DNA from: a virus
DNA length: 64,000 nucleotides
Direction: 5' to 3' (one strand)
IMG/VR virus record: IMGVR_UViG_3300025162_000006
Coordinates: 5,209 to 69,208 of that record
A program made the position numbers and the translations under genes. The notes beneath the pieces are model-generated. The model saw nothing but the letters and a program-made list of their open reading frames with translations. It made no database searches and was not told where the DNA came from. Shown one piece after another: positions 56,030 to 64,000 of this stretch (within the stretch, counting starts at the first letter, position 1; the number at the start of each line of letters is the position of its first letter).

Positions 56030-56559
56030 AACTTGTCCTGAATAAATACAAGCGATGGAACACCACAGACGAGCGGTTTGTTGCGTATTTGAGGGATAAC
56101 TTCACTAAATACGATAACCGCACCCTTGCGTACATGATGGGTAGAACAGTAGATGCGGTTCGGAAACAGTTGAAGAAAATGAAACTCAAACGGCCACGCA
56201 AAACGAAGATCAGGACCGGAGCTCCATTAAAGCGGGGGAGAAAGCGCAAGGAATTAACGATCTTTGATATGCTTGTCATTGGTCAGGTAGAGCGAAAGAA
56301 GCGCCAACGGGTACGGGAGCGCAACACCCGCACCGAACAGTTAAAAGCGATTGAGAAAAAAAAGGTTACCGCAGAATTTGCCGATCCTCCCATACACTGC
56401 GCCCCGGTCACTGAGGGGAAGGAATACATTGTTACCGTTATCAATGGAAAGGAAACCATCATTTACGGTGACCCCGTTAAAATAAAGAGATACATTGAGG
56501 CTTGTCAAAACAGATTTAACCCTAAAAAAACTAAAAGGAATGGACCGAAAAATTATTAA
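56026..56559 (+). CDS. basic putative DNA-binding protein
   Basis: WNTTDE...LAYMMGRTVDAVRKQLKKMKL HTH-like; GRKRK. Confidence 0.65.
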   Translation: MKLVLNKYKRWNTTDERFVAYLRDNFTKYDNRTLAYMMGRTVDAVRKQLKKMKLKRPRKTKIRTGAPLKRGRKRKELTIFDMLVIGQVERKKRQRVRERNTRTEQLKAIEKKKVTAEFADPPIHCAPVTEGKEYIVTVINGKETIIYGDPVKIKRYIEACQNRFNPKKTKRNGPKNY

Positions 56560-57310
56560 TCTCATAGGTGAAGTTAAGACCGGCACACCGGATTGTATTT
56601 GTTTCGTGTGCGAAAAGGAAACGAAATGGCCGCAACGATATGAAGTATCGGAAACGGAGGAAGTAATTATCTGCAATAAATGTATGAGGGTAAATATGCA
56701 AAACATTGTAGATACGGTTATCTCAATGCGATCAGTTTATAAAATCGCAATAGACACATTCCGGAGAATAGTTCCTCCGGATACTTTTCAGATCAGGATT
56801 GACGATATTTTTACGGCACCCTCAAACCTTCAGGCATACATTAATCAGGTAAAGCTATTAAAGTCCCTGGCATTATACCTCACTACATTTGATTCAAGCC
56901 TGTACGGGAGCGTTTCTCTCATGGACCTTATCAATGTATTCAGATTGGCAAAGAATGAAATGGATGATACCGTAATAGATCACTGGGCACTGTTATTGGT
57001 TAACATGGCATTGATCAGGGAACCACAAAGGCACCGGTTACTTATTTCCACAATGCAGGAGATGGGACCACTGGAAATAAAGATCATCCATTCAATACAG
57101 GAACAGAACGGGGCAATAGCCGTTCACCTACTGGAAGAACAATTCAAAGAAGCGATCTCCGAAACAAATCTCCGGTTACTTTTACTCAACCTATTCCGAA
57201 CGGATATACTGGATAAGGTTGCCATGGATATGAGTAACATTGCATACCTCACTGAATACGGCAATATTTTTGCAACAAACATATCTTTTCTAACCATTAA
57301 AAACAATTAG
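56540..57310 (+). CDS. Zn-finger plus DUF4393/Abi-alpha-like domain protein
   Basis: CFVC...CNKC; WALLLVN...MQEMGPLEIKII...NL.R..IL...LTEYG..F; likely start 56540. Confidence 0.5.
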   Translation: MDRKIINLIGEVKTGTPDCICFVCEKETKWPQRYEVSETEEVIICNKCMRVNMQNIVDTVISMRSVYKIAIDTFRRIVPPDTFQIRIDDIFTAPSNLQAYINQVKLLKSLALYLTTFDSSLYGSVSLMDLINVFRLAKNEMDDTVIDHWALLLVNMALIREPQRHRLLISTMQEMGPLEIKIIHSIQEQNGAIAVHLLEEQFKEAISETNLRLLLLNLFRTDILDKVAMDMSNIAYLTEYGNIFATNISFLTIKNN

Positions 57311-57312
57311 CC

Positions 57313-58035
57313 ATGAGTAAAGATTCAATCAGGTCATTAAGTCGTAACAACAAAAGGGAAACAGACACCATTAACGAACAACTGCAAAAAGGAATCAAAG
57401 CCTTTTTTGACCGCAGAAAAGAACTTTGTACACTGGACAAAGGGATAATCATTACCGATCAACCGGAGAAAATTACCTCTCTCTACGACAACCACAATCA
57501 AAACTGGAAAAGGTTCTGCACCGTATGGAATAAGAACAAATCCCATCAGATCATGTGCGATCATTCAGCATTCGCAAGATATGTTTTCGAATACGCTGAA
57601 AAGGAATTGAAAAAGAACTGGACCGATGAACTCAAACGGATTGTGGAAGAACTGTTCTACTGCAAAGAATACATCGATGAAGATTACTCCGCTATCTACG
57701 CAACGGAAAGCTGCGAAAAGGGGTTGGCTCTCCCCAAAGAGGCAACCGGAGAGGCAGCAATAACCCTGATGAAAAGATACTTCGACAAACTGTATGCAGA
57801 GAAACCGGCAGAGATCATCCCTGAAACAGTTTATATCCCGCCAACACGCAAAGAAAAATTCATTCAGTTCCTCAAAGATTGCCGTAAGGCCATCATGGAA
57901 GATGAACCGAAAGAGGTAGTTCAAACCGAAGAAAAATTGCCTACATTCTTCCCCTCAGGATGGTTGTATCCCGAACCCGAAAAGCAGGAAACAACCGTAC
58001 AGGAAAAGGTAGAAATGCTCCCTGTTCATCCGTAG
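57313..58035 (+). CDS. hypothetical protein
   Basis: 240-aa ORF in operon. Confidence 0.7.
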   Translation: MSKDSIRSLSRNNKRETDTINEQLQKGIKAFFDRRKELCTLDKGIIITDQPEKITSLYDNHNQNWKRFCTVWNKNKSHQIMCDHSAFARYVFEYAEKELKKNWTDELKRIVEELFYCKEYIDEDYSAIYATESCEKGLALPKEATGEAAITLMKRYFDKLYAEKPAEIIPETVYIPPTRKEKFIQFLKDCRKAIMEDEPKEVVQTEEKLPTFFPSGWLYPEPEKQETTVQEKVEMLPVHP

Positions 58036-58182
58036 ATTTACGGGAAAAGTATTTTCAGTTTCCGCAAATTGCCGAAATGATTAACTCACTGATAAGCATG
58101 GGAGTTAAATCATCCCCGCTATATTTTATCATGTGGGTTTACGGTTCTTTGCAGTAAAAAACCGAAACAGGAAAAGGCAGAA

Positions 58183-59178
58183 ATGAAAAAAGTAATAAAC
58201 AAGCATGATCTGAGGATAGACTGGTTAACAACCAACGGCTACTACATTGAACTGCCTGCCGGTTTGGTCAGTCGGATTCTCATGCTTGGATTCCTATACC
58301 GTCAGATCAAAGAGGGTAACGGAATTGCCATTCTCCAACAGATCACAAAGGGAATATCTCAAACGCAATTATATTCGTACAAGCGGGGTAATTGGTCAGT
58401 GCCAGGAAACAAGTACAACAAATTGAAGTTACTGGAAAATGAGATTCTTCACCTGAATATCAAAGATCGGAAAACCGATAAGCTGACCGGATATACCCTC
58501 ACACTGGTCCACAAGGAACTGATGGCAGAGCCTGAGTCGAAAACAATCTCGGTTCAAAGGGCGGTAGAGATCAGGGAGGAATTGGTTAATGAGGAAGAAA
58601 AGAAGCGCAGAACATTTTCCTCAGTGAATGAGATTGAAGAAGTCGCTCTCAATATTTGTCAAATGTTCGCCTCCGGTAGAATAACGATATATGAGGCGTG
58701 CGCTCGTTTCGATGTATCCTATTTGGATTTCTTCAAATGGGTTATAGGCATGGACCCAGTGAAGCAAATGTATGAGGATTCCGTTGCCGTAGCAAAGTTC
58801 GTCACCGAAAGTCAGATTTACACTGTATCCGCAAACATGATCTTGGAGCGATTGAAAATAGGATACACAACCGTAACCGATATTGTTTATGACACCTTAT
58901 GGGTTAACGGTCAAAAAGAGTTTACCGAAAAAGCAAAGCGCACCACTACCCGAGAGATTTCACTATCTGAAATGATCAGGGTCATTTCCCTGTTAAAGAA
59001 TGTAACCGGAGCACCCTCCATAGATCAGGATGATTTCAGTGATATGTCAGATGATGATCTGTTCAACTATATCAAAGAAGTGAGGGCAAGGGTGGGAACA
59101 AAGCGCAGCAAGGAAAGCGATCAGGAAGAACTACCTATACCGTTTCCCGCAAAAAATATTCTCCCTGACAATGAATAG
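58183..59178 (+). CDS. putative terminase small subunit-like protein
   Basis: ICQMFASG..TIYEAC.....Y..FFKWV......QMY..S resembles P22/Sf6-type TerS HTH; DFSDMSDDDL tail. Confidence 0.55.
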   Translation: MKKVINKHDLRIDWLTTNGYYIELPAGLVSRILMLGFLYRQIKEGNGIAILQQITKGISQTQLYSYKRGNWSVPGNKYNKLKLLENEILHLNIKDRKTDKLTGYTLTLVHKELMAEPESKTISVQRAVEIREELVNEEEKKRRTFSSVNEIEEVALNICQMFASGRITIYEACARFDVSYLDFFKWVIGMDPVKQMYEDSVAVAKFVTESQIYTVSANMILERLKIGYTTVTDIVYDTLWVNGQKEFTEKAKRTTTREISLSEMIRVISLLKNVTGAPSIDQDDFSDMSDDDLFNYIKEVRARVGTKRSKESDQEELPIPFPAKNILPDNE

Positions 59179-59190
59179 GTTGCCAGCTAT

Positions 59191-59269
59191 TTGAAAAAAT
59201 AGTTGAAAAAACACTTGACATTTCATTTTTTTGATGTACCTTTGTCACGCAACAATCAAAAAAACCGAA
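59191..59269 (+). promoter_or_regulatory. Repeated promoter/leader cassette, copy 3
   Basis: TTGACA(59215-20)-16 nt-TACCTTTG(59237-44)-GCAACAAT-AAAAAAACC-ATG. Confidence 0.8.
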
Positions 59270-59638
59270 ATGAAAACAACCTTAAACACCCTCCGCAAAT
59301 TAGCTGAACGCAGCGGTCACACTGAATTAGTTGAAAAAATCGCAAGAATCCAAATCTCACAGAGAGAGATGGCCGAGATCAGGGCACACCAACAGAGAGA
59401 GCGGGAACTGACGAGAATGGCCATGTTTGAGGCCGGTATCAATTATGAGTTAACCGTTATCTACGATAACCCGAATCCAACGGTGAGGAAAAAAGTTGAC
59501 TTCATTCCACTGGAAGGATGGCAAAACGCAAATCTCATTTTCAATGAGTATTATGAGACTGGATTCTCCAAGAACCTTTTCTCAATCACTTTAACACTGG
59601 ATGAAAAAGTGGTCCGCAAAGTAACTTTCAAGAAATAA
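59270..59638 (+). CDS. hypothetical protein
   Basis: Start MKTTLN at 59270 after promoter cassette. Confidence 0.7.
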   Translation: MKTTLNTLRKLAERSGHTELVEKIARIQISQREMAEIRAHQQRERELTRMAMFEAGINYELTVIYDNPNPTVRKKVDFIPLEGWQNANLIFNEYYETGFSKNLFSITLTLDEKVVRKVTFKK

Positions 59639-59657
59639 CCCTTTAACCCCTATAATC

Positions 59658-59927
59658 ATGAGAACACCACAATTTGCCTCAATGTTAATTATCTCTCCGG
59701 AATTGGTTGAACAGATCACCTACCGGATATCACTCCTCAAAAAACGCTCCAAGAGTGAATTGTTTGCCACTTACCAACAATATGAGAGATTGAATATGTC
59801 TCATGTCATGAGAGAACCGAAAAGCACGATGGTCTCAGAAATACTGGAAAACGAATTCGGAGGTTCCCGCATGGAAACCTATTATGCAATCCAAAACGCA
59901 AAACGCCATGGGAAAAGGAATCGGTAA
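59658..59927 (+). CDS. hypothetical protein
   Basis: ORF in small-gene island. Confidence 0.6.
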   Translation: MRTPQFASMLIISPELVEQITYRISLLKKRSKSELFATYQQYERLNMSHVMREPKSTMVSEILENEFGGSRMETYYAIQNAKRHGKRNR

Positions 59928-60117
59928 GGTTGCTCCCTTGTTTAATCCAAGGGTAAACCCAAAAGAGACATATCCATTGAAAACCCGCATTGAGTGGAAA
60001 GGGTATCAGGGAGAGGTAGTGGGGTACTGGTCAAACTTCGGGATACTGGTCCTCTTTGATGGAGATAACGAAAGTAAAATTATGAATTGTCAGCACGATA
60101 AAATAACCACAATATGA
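59884..60117 (+). CDS. hypothetical SH3-like small protein
   Basis: G.QGEVVG...ILVLFDG; start uncertain. Confidence 0.55.
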   Translation: MQSKTQNAMGKGIGKVAPLFNPRVNPKETYPLKTRIEWKGYQGEVVGYWSNFGILVLFDGDNESKIMNCQHDKITTI

Positions 60118-60449
60118 CACTCACAAACGAAGATAAAAAGCAGATCGCAGTAACTATTCTCCAACAGATAGGGGGTAATAAGTTCCTTGCCATCACTGGT
60201 TCAAAGGTCCAGTATTTTGGCACAGATAAGGATACCGGAAATGTTTACCTGATGTTAAAGCTGCGCCGCAATAAGGCGAGAGCGCAATACCTGAAAATAA
60301 CACTGGATGCCAGTGATACTTACCGGATGAAGTTTTTCTCGGTGGATGATGAATTGAACCATATCGTCAAATGGGAACGGGATACGATCTATGACGATGG
60401 GTTGGCACCAGTGTTTGAGGAAGTAACCGGATTATATACAAGTTTATGA
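60114..60449 (+). CDS. conserved phage early protein
   Basis: TILQQIGGNKF..TG...ITL...DTY.M.F...Y.D.L...FEE.TGLYTSL recurrent family. Confidence 0.75.
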   Translation: MTLTNEDKKQIAVTILQQIGGNKFLAITGSKVQYFGTDKDTGNVYLMLKLRRNKARAQYLKITLDASDTYRMKFFSVDDELNHIVKWERDTIYDDGLAPVFEEVTGLYTSL

Positions 60450-60829
60450 AAACAAGCGATGTCATTGAATTGGTAATGAAAGGCAAACCCTTTGCCTCAA
60501 TATCTGAAAAGCAGTTAAACTGGATTACCGGAGTAGCTGCAAAGGAGAGTGATGTTCATTGCCAGGGCACCGCTCCCCTCTATATATTTCTACCTGATAT
60601 GAGAGTTTACAAAGTGAAACAGGCAAGGTTAATGGCCTCGGGTGGTTCCTACGGAGCGTACCGAACGGTACAGGGCCGTTTCTCCATTGAGTTATGTTAC
60701 CATATCGTTTTCACTGATACAGGCCTCACAGAGTTCTGCAATTACATTGAGCATGATCGCCTCGTTCGGGAGGGTTATCCGGTTGAGATATATTACGGAT
60801 GGAACTATCAAACCGCAACGAGATCGTAA
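60446..60829 (+). CDS. hypothetical protein
   Basis: ATGA-coupled ORF. Confidence 0.65.
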   Translation: MKTSDVIELVMKGKPFASISEKQLNWITGVAAKESDVHCQGTAPLYIFLPDMRVYKVKQARLMASGGSYGAYRTVQGRFSIELCYHIVFTDTGLTEFCNYIEHDRLVREGYPVEIYYGWNYQTATRS

Positions 60830-60867
60830 AAAATAATTGATCTATCCAACAGGAGGTTACCTGATAT

Positions 60868-60950
60868 TTGAAAAAATATATGAAAAAAAACTTGACAAAT
60901 CGTTTTTCTGTATTACCTTTGTGGAAGCAACAACCTAAAAACCACGAAAA
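60868..60950 (+). promoter_or_regulatory. Repeated promoter/leader cassette, copy 4
   Basis: TTGACA(60892-97)-16 nt-TACCTTTG(60914-21)-GCAACAAC-AAAAACC-ATG. Confidence 0.8.
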
Positions 60951-61337
60951 ATGAAAAAGCAAGAGATCACATTGAAAACGGTTCCTTATCTTGGACTGAA
61001 ACACACTGAATTGAGAATGTTCTTCAACCGGATTCTTGTCTCCGCTCAAATGGCTGAGCCGGGATGGTGGGGAGATGGCACTCAGGGGTACTCGAAAGAT
61101 ATGACATTTGAACTTTGGCACACACACGCCTGTATCAATGATTCCGGTACCGGTATGGATGATGTCGCTCGGTTCACTGGTATTGACCTGTTGACCATGA
61201 GAACTGAGTTCGGGACATTTGAACTGCGGGAGAGGGTCCCGAATGACAAACCTATCAAGGGCGTGAATAGCATTTGCGGGGTATTGATCATGACGAAAAT
61301 TGACGATGTAAAAACCATAATTGAGGAGGGAAAGTAA
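60951..61337 (+). CDS. hypothetical protein
   Basis: First ORF after promoter copy 4. Confidence 0.7.
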   Translation: MKKQEITLKTVPYLGLKHTELRMFFNRILVSAQMAEPGWWGDGTQGYSKDMTFELWHTHACINDSGTGMDDVARFTGIDLLTMRTEFGTFELRERVPNDKPIKGVNSICGVLIMTKIDDVKTIIEEGK

Positions 61338-61338
61338 T

Positions 61339-61563
61339 ATGAAAACAGATCAGAACGGTTGCTCCACTTGTCCGGTTAATGAGGAACGCTACGCTCAATT
61401 TATTCGCAAAAAGAGAGGCGTGAAATTGATCTATGTCCAGTACGATTACAGGCACTCAGATGGAGAGTTATTCTCCACTGTTGCTCAAACACTGGCAGAA
61501 TGCCGTAACCGAAAGAATACATGGATAGCACAGAAAAATCAAATACTAACAAGCGCAAAATGA
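61339..61563 (+). CDS. DUF3873-like protein
   Basis: NGCSTC...E.Y..F...QYDYRH.DGELFS.VA.TL.ECR..K..W. Confidence 0.75.
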   Translation: MKTDQNGCSTCPVNEERYAQFIRKKRGVKLIYVQYDYRHSDGELFSTVAQTLAECRNRKNTWIAQKNQILTSAK

Positions 61564-61874
61564 CAGACGAAACATTGAACAAGGGTAATGATCTTCGGGA
61601 TAAGATCAGAGCCTGTAAAGCAGTATTGGCATCATTCGCATGGGAACCGATGTTTGACGGGGATATATCCTACACTCGGCACCCGCAACTTATCATTGAA
61701 TCGGATGATGGGGATGAAAGTCGTGAACAATTCAAGGTGCCGGGAGAGGTTGCTCCGGATATGTTAACTCATATCAGGGATTATGCTACCTCACTCCTCA
61801 ACCAGTATCAAACCGAATTTGACAATTTAATTGTGGAACAGGTAAACATAAAACTAAATGAGAGCAACGAGTAA
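61560..61874 (+). CDS. hypothetical protein
   Basis: Likely start MTDETL overlapping the previous stop (ATGA). Confidence 0.6.
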   Translation: MTDETLNKGNDLRDKIRACKAVLASFAWEPMFDGDISYTRHPQLIIESDDGDESREQFKVPGEVAPDMLTHIRDYATSLLNQYQTEFDNLIVEQVNIKLNESNE

Positions 61875-62073
61875 AAAAAAGCAAAGCGCAAGGGGTGGAG
61901 CAAGGCAAAACTCCGGTCGCAAAAAAGAGGAAAATCCAAAGGTAGGTTTGACAATCTACATCAGGTCCAGTGAGGTTAACTTGCTCGGAGGAAAAGAAAA
62001 GGCGAGAGAGATCGCAACGGAATATCTGCGCACTCAGGCCAACATCAAATCAGTGGAGGAAATGTTATCATGA
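61858..62073 (+). CDS. small DNA-binding protein (RGGAR..SGRK motif)
   Basis: AT-hook-like RGGARQNSGRK followed by a ribbon-helix-like segment. Confidence 0.6.
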   Translation: MRATSKKKQSARGGARQNSGRKKEENPKVGLTIYIRSSEVNLLGGKEKAREIATEYLRTQANIKSVEEMLS

Positions 62074-62318
62074 CCGATACCGAAAAAGCACAGGGGTTAA
62101 TTGGTGACCTGATAGGTAAACCATTAACGAAACCCGAAATAAGCGCATTACAGAGCTTACATTTAAGGGGGTATCTCGGTCGATGTGGAGCTAAGAACAA
62201 AAGAGATCGTCTCGCACTGCTCAGGGGATTGATCGACAGGGGGTATATGACAGATAACCTGATAGTGACCCCGAAAGGAATTGAAGAATCAAAACCTAAA
62301 TACTTACAACATGGATAA
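62070..62318 (+). CDS. small winged-helix-like protein
   Basis: LIDRGYM...VTPKG; similar to ORF 62529. Confidence 0.6.
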   Translation: MTDTEKAQGLIGDLIGKPLTKPEISALQSLHLRGYLGRCGAKNKRDRLALLRGLIDRGYMTDNLIVTPKGIEESKPKYLQHG

Positions 62319-62532
62319 AAAAGAGAAATTAATTCAGGATTTGCTTTGGTCAATATTTTGGAAAGAGTTTACCATAAAGCAGCGCAAGGATGTGATCGCT
62401 ATAATTGAGGATGAATACGCAACGGTGCACGAAAAGGCAACCGATCTTTGCGATTACCTCAAAATTGAGCGGAGATTTAACCGCAATGCAATGACGCCAA
62501 TTATCGGAAATTATTTAAAAGAAAAGGATTGA
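62311..62532 (+). CDS. hypothetical protein
   Basis: Likely start MDKKEKL. Confidence 0.55.
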   Translation: MDKKEKLIQDLLWSIFWKEFTIKQRKDVIAIIEDEYATVHEKATDLCDYLKIERRFNRNAMTPIIGNYLKEKD

Positions 62533-62738
62533 TCATGGATAAAGAAAAACCGGAACTGGAAAGTCACGAACAGATATTCATCAGGGAACTGGCGAATCGT
62601 GGAAATTATACTTACCCGAAGTGGTACAAAGCGCAAGACAAGAAGATTCTCCACTTGAAGTTAATCAGGTTGGGTTACCTCACTGGAATGCTCCGGATAT
62701 CTGACAAAGGTCGGGAGCGTGCGAAATCAATTAAGTGA
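62529..62738 (+). CDS. small winged-helix-like protein
   Basis: LIRLGYL...ISDKG. Confidence 0.55.
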   Translation: MIMDKEKPELESHEQIFIRELANRGNYTYPKWYKAQDKKILHLKLIRLGYLTGMLRISDKGRERAKSIK

Positions 62739-62781
62739 CATAAAACCGCAATAAAATTGCATAAAACCGCAATTAATTGAC

Positions 62782-63000
62782 ATGAAAACGCAAAACACTG
62801 ATATAATAACCTACTCCCCTGGTGCGCTCCTAATCATGGAACGGGAAGGGTTGAGATGCGAAGTCGAAGTTATCAATACCAATCCCAAGGATGAAAAACT
62901 ATACCTATGCAAAACACCATTCGGGATGATCTATGTTTCAATCTTAAACATCAAAGGCTATGCGAATAGAAGTACAATCTCCGGCACGACCGGAAAATGA
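62782..63000 (+). CDS. hypothetical protein
   Basis: ORF in island. Confidence 0.55.
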   Translation: MKTQNTDIITYSPGALLIMEREGLRCEVEVINTNPKDEKLYLCKTPFGMIYVSILNIKGYANRSTISGTTGK

Positions 63001-63241
63001 TTACACAATCATTGAGCCCGGGGTAATGGGCACGATTCAGAACTTTAACAATGAGAGAGTTTGCACTCATGAGTTTTCGGAGGATGAAGTAAGGGTTATT
63101 CTCGGTGCGGATAATTACCGTAAATTTACGAAACAGGGAGTGAGCGAATTTAATATCTCTCGGGGTAAACTGGACCTGATAAGGGGAGCTCGTCAACCGC
63201 TCACACGCAGGGATAATGAAACACTCTTACAACTTTTATAA
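62960..63241 (+). CDS. hypothetical protein
   Basis: ORF in island. Confidence 0.55.
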   Translation: MRIEVQSPARPENDYTIIEPGVMGTIQNFNNERVCTHEFSEDEVRVILGADNYRKFTKQGVSEFNISRGKLDLIRGARQPLTRRDNETLLQLL

Positions 63242-63249
63242 ATCACAAT

Positions 63250-63641
63250 ATGAAAAACAGGAATATTGCTATACGAATTGGATTACTAATTGCGGTAATT
63301 GCTGCATTTTGGTTCATCACTGATTACATCACTAATTACCATACGGAATTAGAGCATCCCGAACCGGTAGAGAGCATCAAGCCGCCAAAGTTAACCGACA
63401 CCATTAAGATCAGTGGATAATCGTCACCGGAGATGTTTATAAAACCGGAGTAGATCAATTCGGGGAGTGCTATATCTCGCTTCAGGCGCATTACAAAAAT
63501 CCCAAGGCAAATGTTATCTGCTATTTCGAGAACGGTATGGATATTGCCCTGATTAAAGAGGGTGCAATTATATCAGTGTTAGGAAAATGCAAAGGGATGA
63601 ACACGAATGTCGAATTGATCTATTGTAAACAGATACATTAA
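63250..63641 (+). pseudogene. frameshifted membrane-anchored OB-fold (tRNA_anti-like) gene
   Basis: TM-anchored N-part 63250-63420; C-part DQWIIVTGDV...VICYF...IKEG..ISV.GKCKG...VELIYC in another frame 63408-63641 with no upstream start. Confidence 0.65.
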
Positions 63642-63659
63642 CACTTAAATTTTACGGTC

Positions 63660-63812
63660 ATGGGTAAAGATGAAGAAATACCGGAACAGGCTTACAGGAA
63701 AATCAAAGAGGGCAAACGCATTGCTGCTATCGGTGCGAAAAAGGTAGTTAAACAGATTGAAAAGCTGACTAAGGAAAATGACAGATTTAATAAAGAGAAG
63801 GAGCGCAAGTAG
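63660..63812 (+). CDS. hypothetical 50-aa basic protein
   Basis: MGKDEEIPEQ...KERK; overlaps the next start. Confidence 0.45.
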   Translation: MGKDEEIPEQAYRKIKEGKRIAAIGAKKVVKQIEKLTKENDRFNKEKERK

Positions 63813-64000
63813 GACATTACTGGTGGATGCCGCAAAGCGGGTACAAAGGGAGTATTATCAGACCCATCCGGTGCAGTGGCAAATGGAGCGATTTCAGGAA
63901 TCGGAGACTAACTGGTACTGGTCCAAGTTTGCGGGATACGAAAACCATCAGTGGGATGGAACACCGGACCCCTTTGCTACCGCTATCAATGCATTGGCAG
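63778..64000 (+). CDS. probable terminase large subunit, N-terminus (runs off window)
   Basis: Open to window end; EYYQTHPVQW..ERF...W...AINALA resembles TerL segments preceding Walker A; no TerL elsewhere in the window. Confidence 0.5.
   Translation, partial: MTDLIKRRSASRTLLVDAAKRVQREYYQTHPVQWQMERFQESETNWYWSKFAGYENHQWDGTPDPFATAINALA

Noticed and set aside
77-63196. Minus-strand ORFs and short alternative-frame ORFs in the ORF track
   Set aside because: They are shadows of longer + strand genes, with no recognisable motifs or leaders.
1-64000. Stop-codon reassignment (TAG or TGA recoding)
   Set aside because: Long genes are intact under the standard code, coding density is high, and all three stops end genes at sensible boundaries.

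Overview
The window is almost a whole genome (or most of one) of a contractile-tailed phage, probably infecting Bacteroidota. Host evidence: TTG-N~20-TAnnTTTG promoters, A-rich leaders without Shine-Dalgarno, and Bacteroidota-type small proteins. Essentially all real genes are on the + strand. Order: small-gene island (RadC, N6 DNA methyltransferase); portal-MuF fusion, protease/scaffold, capsid, neck, sheath/tube, frameshifted tail chaperone, tape measure, baseplate, fibres with a swapped AT-rich receptor-binding cassette; holin/amidase; SNF2 helicase, Sak4-like ATPase, exonuclease, replication initiator with iterons plus loader, RuvC-like, DnaQ-like, ParB; then an unusual cluster; then a TerS-like gene, two promoter-led small-gene islands and the start of a probable TerL. 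The unusual cluster (49.4-56.0 kb) holds a Na+/solute symporter, a predicted outer-membrane beta-barrel, ParB-like, a degenerate class II amidotransferase, IbrA-like PP-loop and IbrB-like ParB, SLOG and a PRTase. It is the best candidate for an undescribed system: DNA modification supplied by a phage-encoded two-membrane import route. The second candidate is a ~145-nt multi-stem intergenic RNA (45943-46089) with a CAU anticodon-like arm and a T-loop-like arm. All family assignments come from motif recognition by eye; no database searches or folding were run.
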